Positions 39,016 to 52,483 of a stretch of 64,000 nt of DNA are shown here, one piece after another. The notes beneath the pieces were generated by a model. That model saw only the letters and a program-made list of their open reading frames with translations. It was not told the DNA's origin and did no database searches. Origin of the DNA: Eledone cirrhosa (taxonomy: Eukaryota); NCBI GenBank assembly GCA_964016885.1, contig OZ024752.1, forward strand, positions 3,534,001-3,598,000, in the 5' to 3' direction. The position numbers were made by a program, and so were the translations under genes. The number at the start of each line of letters is the position of its first letter. Positions within the stretch are counted from its first letter, which is position 1.

Positions 39016-40064
39016 AAAGTTTTAAAAAATATATCATACACAACACCCCAGATCAACGGTTTTCCAAGAGATGGCAACACGAATGTTCCACAATTATTCT
39101 TGCCAATCACTCCTGACGTTTAGCAATTGAAAATATATGTTCTTTCCCAGAAATACATTGTTACGTTAGCAATAGATTTGAACTCATGACTAATGTGCTA
39201 ATGTCTGATAAACTAGTGATTGTATGAATACCTATATCTACTAATTGATAAATACCAAACTTATCGCCAAGAATTTCGAAGTCAATACTGAAGTTTATTC
39301 TACTAGAGTATCATTCTTCTGTTACATATGATAAGCAAGATAAATTCTTTAATACATGTATCACGCAATTTACTTTTGCTGGGAGCGAGATATCCATCAT
39401 ATAAAATTGCATTAAATAGTATTGTGCTATGTAGGAAATAGAATACATTGAACTTTGTAAGAACAATTTAATTTTCCTTTAAAACATTTTCGAATTGTAG
39501 ATTTACTAAAAATTGTCTCTAGCATGTAACCATTATCCTAAGTGCCATTGGTTGTCATAGGTATTTGTGATAATTGGGATATAAACTGAAAGAAAATACT
39601 GCAACAAAATTATACTTTACTTTAGTTCTGTATATCGCGTCAGGAAAGAAATGACATTTCTATTGGAGAGTCAGCAAAGAAAAAAGAGGTTTTCGATGTC
39701 AAAAGTAATAACACGCCAATGTGATTGCCACATCTTTGTTCCAAACTTACAAGACATACTTCAAATCTAATTCAGATTCAAGAGAGAAGAAAGATTGTAT
39801 TTCTGTGTTCTTGTAAGTTACATAGTTTCAATGACATTCATTGTTAACGGGTTGTGTTAAGAATTTGTTTGAAGGACGTTAGATGGCGTTGTGCTGTGAT
39901 GTGACGCAGTGGCATGTGGTGTGGTTTGGTGTAGTGTGATGTACTCACGAATATATGAACGGATTGCTTGTTGTTACTGGTGCTGATAGATTGTTATACT
40001 TCTTTCATAGTGGGTATTTATATGTTGATCAGAATGTAGTTAATGGAAACAGACATGAGTAGTG

Positions 40065-40138
<74 letters not shown>

Positions 40139-41340
40139 TATTAGAGAATACGAAGGAAAGAAATATAAAAGGAAATACGTTTGGGTTTCGTAGCAAACAG
40201 GGAAATAAATTGAAAGAGAAACGAATTTATTTACATACACATATGCATATGGTAGAACATAGTTGGAAACGTTGTCAGTTTTGAGTAGTGTATCCTGCAT
40301 TATTCGTTCTGGCTCTCTGCAATGTGAAGTCAAATCCATCGAAGGTTAAGTTTGCATTTTATGACTCCAGTGTTATTTGTTTTGTTTTTTTAAATAAAAT
40401 GCCTGTTCATTATTGGAATCGATTCTACTCTGACTCTCAGTCATCTTTAAAATGACAGTCACATCCTATGTTACAACGAGGTCTTTAAGACGCCACTCGA
40501 GATACATGTCTATAGAAGTCAAATATATCTAATGCAAGATCCAAAATGGTGCAATGGTTTGATTGATATCAATACTCTTTCTGCCATATTTGACCTATAT
40601 TTTCTCCACTTCTCTTTCTTTTACTCGTCATTACCATAACCACCAACAGCATCTTTATTTTAATCAACTGAATATGTATTTTTCAATTATTATATAAATT
40701 GATTTTTATTTGTTTGATAGATTTTTTTGCAAAATAGGGAACTTTCCACGAGATTTAAATCACCTTACTTTTATTATATATTTAATATTTAAGTTAAGAT
40801 ACACATCCATTCACTCACACCGTTCCTTTCCATAGTAATAACATTATTTCTTGACATTGTTTGACTATGATTTGCATATTTATGAAACTGTTTGAGCCCT
40901 TAAATATTTGTGTTTTTACAAGCAAAGTTCTCTTAATTGTACATATTGATCCCCTAGTGATTGAGAGGTGTAATACTATTTTTTTTATTTCTAACAATGC
41001 TTATCTCAGAGAAAATCACGAACGAAAGTGGGAAGATTCACATATTTACCTGAACTGCTCTCATAGCAACAATATCAGTTCCATAGTATAGTTGATATCG
41101 TTTTCCTGTTATACAACATTGGGATTGTTATGCTTGATCAAGACTATAAAGCACCATCTTCCTAAAGCTAAAAAAATGTTCATATCCAAGAACGCCAATT
41201 AGATTTTCTGAACAGATTTCCCAAATCAAACGAACCAGGGAGCCTCTATTTACGTATAGAATCTAAATTGTATCTAGTTACAACATACACTCTGAAAGTT
41301 AGGATGGATAATTTTGCTGATAGGTTATATCAAATATTAA

Positions 41341-42060
41341 TAAATAATTGTTTCTACTTTTGGCACAAGGCCAGCAATTACCCAGTGTATTACTGGTACT
41401 TTATTTTATCGACCCCATAAGGATGAAAGGCAAAGTTAACCTCGGCGGGATTTGAACTCAGGCCGTAAAGGGACGGAGTTCAAATCTCGCCGAGGTTAAC
41501 TTTGCCTTTCATCCTTACGGGGTCGATAAAATAAAGTACCAGTAATTAATAAATAATTGTTTCTACTTTTGGCACATGGCCATCAATTACCCAGTACATT
41601 ACTGGTACTTTATTTTATCGACCCCGTAAAGATGAAAGGCAAAGTTAACCTCGGCGGGATTTGAACTCAGACCGTAATGGGACGTAACTATGGTGGAAAG
41701 CATGGCGTCCGACCCTCTACCAATACTGCCAATCCAAATAATGACAGCGGCTGCGACGCTTTGGATTATAACTGTGCTCAATGTTGGATTATCTGGGGAC
41801 TACATACAGCGTCAAGAAAATTCTAACATGGCAATACTATTAAGATATATTAGCTAGTTGTTAAAAGCTTATAGAAGAACGGAATGTGGTAGTGCATATG
41901 AAGTTCTCATACAAACCGTCATAGATTAAGAATCAACATAAATAATTGTTTCTACTTTTGGCACAAGGCCAGCAATTAACCCAGTGTATTACTGGTACTT
42001 TATTTTATCGACCCCGTGTGGATGAAGAGCAAAGTTAACCTCGGCGGGATTTGAAACATA
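41341..42060. mobile_element. Cluster of four SINE pieces (-, +, -, -)
   Basis: 41346-41475 (-), 41476-41545 (+), 41554-41736 (-), 41943-42055 (-). Confidence 0.85.
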
Positions 42061-42692
42061 ATGTTTCTAAATCAGAATCTAGCCCAGCATGTAGGAGGAA
42101 GCGTACAGTTGATTATATCTAGAAGAGTAATTGAATGGTGTACATTTTATCAACACTGAAAGGGTGAAACGCAAAGTTGACCTCACCGGGATTTTAGCTA
42201 AGTACATAAAGAGCCATAATTAAATGCCACCAATAATGTTGTATAGTTCGGCCATCAAACCTTCAAACACATCATAATTATCTTCATCATTCCTTTCAGT
42301 TATCATCCTAATAATTCCCAGCATAATCATCATTATCGTCGTCTTTGTCCTCCATGCCCTTCCCTTTGTTGACTATGTCAACATTGTTATACTCTAGCAA
42401 TTCATCCTCGTCTCTAGAGTCACTAAAAATATACACCAACAGCCAAACCTTTTAGCGAATAACTATAGAATCAAGATTTCCATATAAATCCCCCCAAAAC
42501 GCAAAGTTACAAACATGAACTTATTCTATACTGGCAAATAGTGATGCCAAATGTAATGGCTTAAACCTTGCATTGAACGATGTTCATATTTTATTATACT
42601 ACACATTTCTCGATCATATGGTAGATTAGTTAAACCAGACTACATAGAAACGTGTATTCCCACTAATATATCAACGTTTAGGTATGCTATAT

Positions 42693-42724
<32 letters not shown>

Positions 42725-43353
42725 CGTGTGCGTGTGTGTGTGTGTGTAGTATGTATTGTTCTGGATAGATTTTATTGTTGGTCAATTGTGTATATATGTG
42801 TGTGTGTGTGTCAGAGAGAGAGAGAGAGAGAGAGTATGTGTGCGTGTGAGTGTGTTTTGTTGTGCACATATATATATATATATAATATAGAATTATGTAA
42901 ATACATTTATATGTATGTAGGATTATGTGCGTGTGGGTGCACGTATACACAAACGAGTGACCAAACGAAGCGAAAGAAAACCAACAAAATGTCTATCCAT
43001 GAGAATGAAGCAAGCTAAAGAGATTTGTATGGCAATGTTTTAGAAGAAAGAGGCACTTCTATGTTGTTCTATTGATTAGAAGTTTTGTAATTGATCCAAA
43101 TATATTGTAGTTAATAGACCGTAGGATCGAGGAAAATATGGAATAAAAAGACCTGAACTTCTTTCAAAGCAAGGGTTAAACCACTATAGATTTAAGTTGG
43201 CAACGCTCTTTGCCAGCCGAGAAATGTATTTATTTTGTTTGTGTTGATGTTTTCATCCTGGGGTTTATATAAAATGTGTCCCTTCAACACGTCTTCTCAT
43301 TCACACACACACGCACATAAGTAGATATATACATATGCAAATATATATGTAGA

Positions 43354-43465
<112 letters not shown>

Positions 43466-43480
43466 GTGAGAGAGAGAGAG

Positions 43481-46400
43481 ATTTCTTTATTTGCAACAAG
43501 GGCGCACAAGAAAAGGGGAAAAATACAAAGACATGCCGGGGATTTTACATAAAGTCGAGTAAAAAATATAAAACAAACAATTACGGAGGGAAGCGCCACA
43601 AATGGGTTGTTTAATACCCCGTCGATTGAACAACCCTCAACTCCAGGAGCGTGTTGTGCAAGTGCTCCTTTCTTCCTTTTGCTCTCTTCTTTAACTTACA
43701 GGTTCATAAACAGAGAAGGTACAATCACTCGGGTCATTTTCGCTTCATTCACCCACCTTTCAGATAATTTACTGGGGTACAGTGCCTCTCTCTCTGATTC
43801 TCCTTCTAAAGTGATACTGAAAGAAGGGAATCAATTGTTGTCCGGAGAGAAAGGCTTCTGTCCTCAGTCCTCTCAATCTCGTCCACCATATAACTTCTTT
43901 CACCATAGCCACTGTACAGAGGAACACCGCCTCTCTTTCGTTTTTGAAAGAGGCTGGCGGTTTGATCCTTACTATGGACTCGGCTGTCAACTGGATTTGT
44001 CCCATACGCGACAACAGTTGTTCTGCATAGTTCCACCGGTCGGTTACGCCCGAGCAGTGTACAATTGCGTGCAAGACTGTTTCAATATCCTGCGCGCACC
44101 TTGGACACGTCCTCTTGGAAGGATCCCTGCCGGGGCGTCCGTGCCTGCAGATCTTGTCATGAACCGGTAGAGCTCATCGGTAGCACTGCCAGGCCAGGGA
44201 CCTCTAGAAGTTGTCCATAGGTCCCGGGCGGAAAGTCCTGCCAAACAGACTGATGAGCTCATCGTCTTCGATGCCAGAGTCTCTCCGAGCACATCGTCGC
44301 CCTTGTAACGTACAATCCCTCTATAGAATGTCGAAGTGGAGTCTCCACTGATTGCTGTGCCCGCTTGCCAGAGGACTGTGAGCGCCTGAGCACATTCAAT
44401 GTGCCAGGCGCCCATCGTTTTCGGTCTTCTCTTGACCCAGGACTGCAGCTCCGTCAGCGAGACGAGCTGTGGGAAAGCCTGTCTCACAAACGGTGCCCAC
44501 ACCCGTTGGGGGTCGGTGAGGAATACATGGAGATGCCGCAGCCTCAGCGCATGTTTGCGCACCACCAGCCACTGAACGCCCAGCCCTCCGTTGGAAGGGT
44601 GATTACAGCAGACGGATCTCCTCACCACCAGCGGAGCCTGCTTCTTCCACAGAAACTGGAAGAGCATGCGTTCCATCTTGGCGAGGTTTTGACGGGGACA
44701 AGGCACGACAGGCAAGCGGTAGTAGATGACGGACGCTATGAAAATGTTCGCCACCTCCGCTCGACCTTTCAAGGAAAGTTTGCACTCTGCCCACATCTGG
44801 GTGAGCGCAAACACATTGGCCATGACCTCGTTCCAGTTTTTCTCCACCTGGAGGTCTGGACCGAACTTGACCCCGAGCAATTTCACCGGACCGTCCGTCC
44901 AGCGTCCAACGACGCTGTCGGACGTCATCGGTTTGCCTCTCCACGTACTGAGTTGCAAACCGACAGACTTGTCCGGGTTTAGTTTTGCTCCCGTCAGCGT
45001 ATCGTATTCTTTCAGTAAGTTGCTGATCACCCCGATTTCCGAGGTGCTCGACACCATTACCATTACGTCGTCGGCATAAGCCGACGCCGCTTTGCGCAGT
45101 CCCGGTTCTAGAGGGATGCGCTGCAACAGCTCCAATTTCCGCAGTAGTAGTTCTAGAGTCAATAAATACAGAATGGAGGAGAGAGGGCATCCTTGTCGAA
45201 TGGAACGCGTGATTGCGAACGGCTCCGATATGTAGCCGTTCACCTTGACCCTCGAGCAGATGCTGGTGTGCATCGCCTCGATCCTGCCTCTGAAAACGGG
45301 ACCGAAACCGGCCGCCTTGAGAACCGCTTCCAAGTATCGATGGTCGACCCTATCGAATGCCTTAGTCTGATCCAAATTGATCAGAGCCCCACCGAAGTCG
45401 GGTTTACTAAACACCCTCTCTATGATGTATCGCATGAGGTGGAGGTTGTCGTGTATGGACCTGGTCCGGATTGCACACGTTTGCGCTCGCTTTCCTTACC
45501 AGGTTCTCGACGACAAGCGCCATCCTCGTCGCTAGCACCTTAGCCAAAATCTTTAACTCTGTGTTGAGCAGAGTTATGGGCCTGGAGTTGTTAATTTCGT
45601 CCCCCTTGTTCTCGTCGTTCCTGATCAGCATTACTACGCCCTTGCCTGCAGCACTGGGAATTCTCCCGTTCTGCTGCCAATTGCAGTAGACGGCTTCGAA
45701 GACGCCAGAGAACAAGTCCGCCATGCCTATGTAAAACTCATAGAGTAGACTATCTAGACCGGGTGACTTGCGTTTCCCGCAGCAGCCCAGAGCGTCCCGT
45801 ATCTCAGTGTCCGTGATCGGTCTTTCGCAGACCTCGGCGTCGGTGTTCGAGAGACGCGACAGGCCGTCGAGGTATGAGCTACAGTCCATTGCCCCGTTCG
45901 GCTCACCGTCGTTCTGCTCAAACAGTCACGCAAAGTGCTGCTGAAAGGCCGCGCACATTTGCTTGGGCTCAAGTAGCACGCGTCCGTTTTGGTCTTTCAA
46001 AGACCGAATCGAGGACTTGTTGCCACTTTTTGCCTCCGCCACTCGGGCCCAGCTGACACCTTTCGCTCCTTCGTTTCATAAAGCACGTGTTTTGCTCCTG
46101 ACCACGCAGCCTATGTGTTTCGCATCGAAGAACTGGTCCAGTGCCGTTCTCGACGCTAACACTCTAGCCGCGTTGCCACTTCTAAGTGCCCCCTCTACCT
46201 TGGCTACTAGTTCTCTTTCTAGTTTGTTTTTCTCTAAGGCTAACTCTCTGCTAAATCCTATCGATTATATTCTAATTGCTTTCTTGAGAGAGTATCACCA
46301 TCTATTGTTGACGATGGCTCCCGTTAACTGTTGCTTGACTAGTCTACTTATCTTTTCACTGTAAGCTTTACGTGCCGGCAACGACACGTTTAGCTTCCAG

Positions 46401-47325
46401 TATCCGGGTCCCGGTTTATGTGTTCTATCACGGTTGACTAAGCAGACGACTAATTTGTGATCTGAATAGGCAACCATGTGCATTCGTGGACAGCTTAATA
46501 TCTCCTTGTCTCTTTCTCTAATGAAGAACCTATCTAAATACGATCTAGATGTTCCGCTGCGGTTTGCCCACGTCCACTGTGGTGCAGTCTGGAAATCCAG
46601 TCGATGCCTATCGGCCAGTTATAATTGGCCGATTAAAGTGTTGAGGCTGTTGCACCCCGCTCTACTGGGACATGCTCCGATATAGTTCCATCGTTCATCT
46701 AGGATACCTTTCTAGTCCCCCACTAAAAGTAAAGAGCGAGACGTTCCCAGAAAAGACTCTAAACGCTTAAAGAAGTCTGGCCGTGATTGCCATTGCCCGG
46801 TAGGGGCATAAACGGCCACCAGTCTGAAGGCTCCACCTCAAATACTGTTCACGTCTAGGACTACCAGTCTACCCTCCGTGTCCAAGTGTACTTGCTGTAC
46901 TTCGACGTCCAGGTTCTTCCGAAACATGACAGCCACTCCACCTCCACCTCCTGGCTGACAGAGAGATGCGTAGATCTCAAAGTCGTCGAAGATGGAGGTC
47001 AGTTGCTGCCTATTGTGGATCCTGGACTCGGTGATGGCTATCACATCCATACTGTGTGAACTAAGGTCGTTTAAAAGTTGGCCATGTTTCCAGGACATCC
47101 CTAGGCCACGCACATTCACGCTTCCAACTCGTAAACTGGCCATGTTGGTGAAGAAGATTTGGAGAAAAAGGACGAAAGGTGCACTTACCTTTTCGTTTCC
47201 TGGAGATCGGGTTGTTCAATCTCCATTTGGGTGCTGGATGGGGTGTTGGGTGGGGTGGGGAAACATTTTAACAAGACGCGGTTGATGGGTTTCTAGCAGG
47301 GGTTGCCCACGTCCTGTGAACATTT
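43481..47325 (-). mobile_element. L1/Tx1-clade LINE, 5'-truncated within ORF1
   Basis: ORF1 tail ..QMEIEQPDLQETKR*, short spacer, ORF2, then a 3' UTR ending AATAAAGAAA into (TC)n. Confidence 0.9.
43697..47143 (-). pseudogene. Disrupted LINE ORF2: APE endonuclease, reverse transcriptase and CCHC motif
   Basis: SVNVRGL, AITESR, GD*, YLDRF, YSDH; RPITLLNTELKILAK, LDQTKAFDRVDH, RQGCPLS, YADD (45067-45078); CPRCAQDIETVLHAIVHC; several stops and frameshifts. Confidence 0.9.
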
Positions 47326-47433
47326 TTCAGGTCATTATAGATTTCCATAGAAACCCTTATAAGTTTAAGGTGTTGAGACGATTCTGCTTTGTGCTTAAAA
47401 TTTAATCTGTTATTTTAATAAATATACATATAT

Positions 47434-47561
<128 letters not shown>

Positions 47562-48968
47562 CTGAAATTAGGAATAGCACGGAATATATATTTTAGGGTC
47601 TGTTTTTCTTTTTTTTTCTTTCTTTGATTCGACAAAGTAACATTATTGAAAAGATGACATTATTGAAACAATGAGAGGAACAATTCTTTTTAAAAAGAGT
47701 TTTATAATGTATATAGATTATATAAAGTATTACCGGTTTCGATGTATTATTAAAACTACCAGAAGAACCACCCTTCGGGTGTTTTTCCGCTAGCACTTGT
47801 AGTGTGTATATTGATATTATACGCAAGTATATATGCATATAGATATGATATATCAAATAAAATCGCAATTGACAATATAAACAGAAATTGAACGAAGTCT
47901 GCGTTACACTGTCTTATGTAACCTAATCCATGATACATTAACAAAAATACGATATTATATATAAACTGCATTAGGAGAAAATTAATAAGTTTATTTAAGC
48001 GATCGCCACCGGAAGTGTTGATATTTGAAAGTTTTAAAGAAGTGAATCTTTGAATAAACAATAACATATATTTAATGAACAGCCACGAAATTTAATAGAT
48101 AATTATGTAATATTCATTCATTATTTATTCAAAGTAATCCAACTTATTTTACTAATGGGATAAAAATTTATAAACGGTACGCAGTCCCGCGCTTCTTACT
48201 TTATTATAGTTTAGATTCATCTTATCAAATGTTGAGTATTACAATTAAAAAGAATTCATAAGAATTAAAAACTAAAAATTAACGATTTAAAATCAAGTGT
48301 TGGAGTAAGTTTTTTTCCCATCTTCCTTGCAAAGAAGGGTACTGGAGCAGGAGTTCTCGTGAATCAGTTCTTGTGTATAGAGTGAGAGGTGTGTATATAT
48401 ATTATATGTATATATATTATATGTATATGTATATATATTATATATGTATATATATATAAAATATATATTTATATATTATCAACTAGAAATGGATTGACAT
48501 ATATATATATATATATATATATATCTAAAATAAACATATGAAACAATCACAGGGAATAATTTGTAAAAGTCTGTAAGCACACATAGCTATGTAGGTAACT
48601 AATTAAAGTTTAACTAGAACACTAAAAATAGTTACCTTATAATTGGATCAATCTTCCTTGTATATATTTCATTAAAGAAATATATTTCACCATCAATCTT
48701 TCGGTAAACCACAGTAGCCAAATCGCGGATTTTCAGCAAGGGTCTATTCATTGAAATCTTGGAGCATATTCTACATTGGTTATGGAGCATGTCTCTCTGA
48801 CATGACACCCTTAAATTAATTTAATTTAATTTTGAATATATATATTTATATATTAAATATATATTTATAGATTATATATATATATGTATATATTATATAT
48901 ATATGTATATATTATATATATATGTATATATTATATATGTATATATTATATATGTATATAAATATATT

Positions 48969-49162
48969 TAACGAAGGAAATGTGGTAAGGAACCAGGTGG
49001 ACCATAACGCACCAAAGTACTCAATACTTAGGGTAGTAGAGTGGGTAATAGGAACGAGTAGGACCCCGACGGCTGAGCTCAAGCCGTTTCGACGGCTAAT
49101 TCCAGTCCAGAATTAGCCGTCGAAACGGCTTGAGCTCAGCCGTCGGGGTCCTACTCGTTCCT

Positions 49163-49164
<2 letters not shown>
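48969..49164. mobile_element. PLE-type terminal fragment with a perfect fold-back (55-bp arms at 49048-49164, 7-nt loop)
   Basis: Same family as 23181-23312; both arms carry GAAACGGCT..AGCCGTCGGGGTC. Confidence 0.8.
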
Positions 49165-49250
<86 letters not shown>

Positions 49251-49485
49251 TATATATATCTATATGTATATATATTATATATATATATATTATATATATA
49301 TATATATATATGTATATATGTTTATATATATGTATATATGTTATATATATGTATATATGTCATATATATGTTATATATATAAGTATAAATATATGTATAT
49401 ATATTATATATATATACATGTATATATGTTATATATATGTATATATGTTATATATATGTATATATGTTATATATATGTATATATG

Positions 49486-49529
<44 letters not shown>

Positions 49530-49616
49530 GTTATACATATATGTATATATATATATATATATGTATATATATTATGTATATATGTTATATATATATATAT
49601 GTATATATGTTATACA

Positions 49617-49661
<45 letters not shown>

Positions 49662-50820
49662 TATGTATATATGTTATATATATATGTATATATATATATG
49701 TATATATATTATGTATATATGTTATATATATATATATGTATATATGTTATACATATATGTATATATATATGTATATATATTATATATTATATATATTATG
49801 TTCTATATTATATATATTATATATTATATATTTATATATTATGTATTATATTATATATATTATATATTATATATATTATGTTTTATATTATATATATTAT
49901 ATATTATATATTATATATATTATGTATTATATTATATATATTATATATTATATATTATATATTATATATATTAAATATTATATTATATATATGTATATAT
50001 TATATATGTATGTATATATATATATATTTCGTTTCTGAATTTGTTTAGAAGATTCTTTATCAAGATTCTTGTTTAGCAAGATTCTTTAGCAAGGTTCTTT
50101 ATCTGAAAACGTGTGTTGAAACCGATATCGTTATATTTTAGGAGGGTCATTTTGCCAATAAGAAACACACGCACCATATGCTTTCACTTCAATTTATTAT
50201 AATAAATTTATAAATTTAGGAATTTATAAATTTCTAGTTGGTTGGTTACACAACCGGACGGTTGTTCATATATTGTCAAAGTTCTTTCGTCACACATTAT
50301 GTGACCTCCTATATATATATATATTATATATTTATATATATATATTATATATGTATGTATATAAAATATTATATATGTATGTATATATTATATATGTATA
50401 TATATATTATATATATATGTATATATATATATTATATACGTATGTATTTATATTATATATGTATATTATATATATTATATTATATATGTATATTATATAT
50501 ATATTATATATTTATATATATATATTATATATGTATGTATATATAAATTATATATGTATGTATTTATTATATATGTATATATATATTATATATATATATG
50601 TATATATATATATTATATATGTATGTATTTATATTATATATGTATGTATATAAAATATTATATATGTATGTATATATTATATATGTATATATATATTATA
50701 TATATGTATATATTATATATATATATGTATATATATATTATATATGTATGTATATATATTATATATATGTACGTATATATATATATTATATATATATATA
50801 GTATATATATATATTATATA

Positions 50821-50876
<56 letters not shown>

Positions 50877-50888
50877 ATATATATATAT

Positions 50889-50940
<52 letters not shown>

Positions 50941-51057
50941 AAATATATATATATTATATATATATTATATATATATATTATATATATATATTATATATAT
51001 ATACTACATATATATATATTGCATATATATATATTATAAATATATATATTATATATA

Positions 51058-51125
<68 letters not shown>

Positions 51126-51135
51126 CATGCATATA
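49165..51135. repeat. Large degenerate (TA)n fields
   Basis: Direct reading; interrupted at 50028-50310. Confidence 0.9.
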
Positions 51136-51677
51136 TACGTGTATGTAAGTGTGTTAATGTATATTTCTGTGTATATACTTATGTTGTCCATGAAGATGAC
51201 TGTGTCAAGTGTGCCTGCCTCCACTGCACCTGTGTGACATTAGATGTAGAGCAGCTATAATTACTGTGTTATTCTCTGAGTGAATGTGTCACTTGCAGGC
51301 ACCTACAGCTGTGTCATTGGTTCAATAGAAAATCTTTCCGACCGGAAAAAAAATGTCGGCCATGCTACTGAATAGACTAGTAAGTGCAGCAATGCAAGTG
51401 CTAATAGGCAAACCATGCAGCAATTATGTGGTGCATTTTTTTTACAGTCTCATCCTTTGCCATTACGCATTCCATAAATCTACTTATATTTTCTACTTTT
51501 CTACAATAATATATCTTTCTCATTCTTTCCGTCTAAATATCATTATATTCACTTTCTATTTCTAGTCCAGACATTTTTCTTTCCTTCTCAGAATATATTC
51601 AGAAATGAAAGGCCATCCATGTACGCACACACACATACATACATATATACATATATATATATATAATACATATATAC

Positions 51678-51713
<36 letters not shown>

Positions 51714-51771
51714 CTCATTTTCTAAATCATTCTAATTTCCATACCATTTTCTTTAACATTATTTTTGGCAA

Positions 51772-52153
51772 GTGCGGTGGATTGGCAGTATCGGTAGAGA
51801 GTCGGACACCATGCTTTGAAGCATAGAGTTACGTCCCTTTATGATCTGACTTCAAATCCTGCCGTGGTTGACTTTGCCTTTCATCCTTACGTGGTCGATA
51901 AGATAAAGTACCAGTAATGTACTGGGTAATTTGCTGGCCTTGTGCCTAAAATAGAAACAAACAACGGCGGTGAATTGGCAGTATCGGTAGAGGGTCGGAC
52001 GCCATGCTTTCCAGCATAGTTACGTCCCTTTACGATCTGAGTTCAAATCCCGCCGAGGTTGATTTTGCCTTTCATCCTTACGGGGTCGATAAAATAAAGT
52101 ACTAGCCATGCACTGGGTAATTGCTGGCCTTGTGCCTAAAGTAGAAACAATTA
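51772..52153 (+). mobile_element. Two tandem full-length SINE copies
   Basis: 51772-51960 and 51965-52153: GGCGGTGAATTGGCAGTATCGG (A-box), GAGTTCAAATCC (B-box), GCCTTTCATCCTTACGGGGTCGATAAAATAAAGTAC core. Confidence 0.9.
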
Positions 52154-52419
52154 TTTTTGGCAAGTTTCTTTATTATTTCTCTGTTTCAAATCTCTCTTTC
52201 TCGTCATCAATCTATCTCTATTTCTCTAACTCCTATAAGACTGAAATACAAAAAAGAGAGTTTTGACTTCATTCAATTATTCTCTCATCTAAATTTTTTC
52301 CTCTGACTTTTAAAAATGTTTCCATTTTTTCAACATTCTATTTATATTGTGTCTCACTTTTTCATTTGTATTCCCTTCTCTCTTCCAAATATTTCTCCTT
52401 TCTCTTTCTCTCTGGAGAA

Positions 52420-52483
<64 letters not shown>

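Noticed and set aside
39045-39130. Possible small minus-strand exon (AG..GT bounded)
   Set aside because: No recognisable peptide and weak splice context
43607-47285. Plus-strand ORFs over the LINE
   Set aside because: Antisense shadow frames of the GC-rich ORF2
47726-47790. Minus-strand GAAA-CCGG-TA half motif near a plus-strand CAGAAGA hairpin
   Set aside because: The halves are on opposite strands and helix I does not match
51310-51370. CCAAT-, ETS- and YY1-like motifs suggesting a promoter
   Set aside because: Short motifs only; no transcript or exon support
51965-52055. tRNA gene suggested by A and B boxes
   Set aside because: No cloverleaf; it is the SINE head
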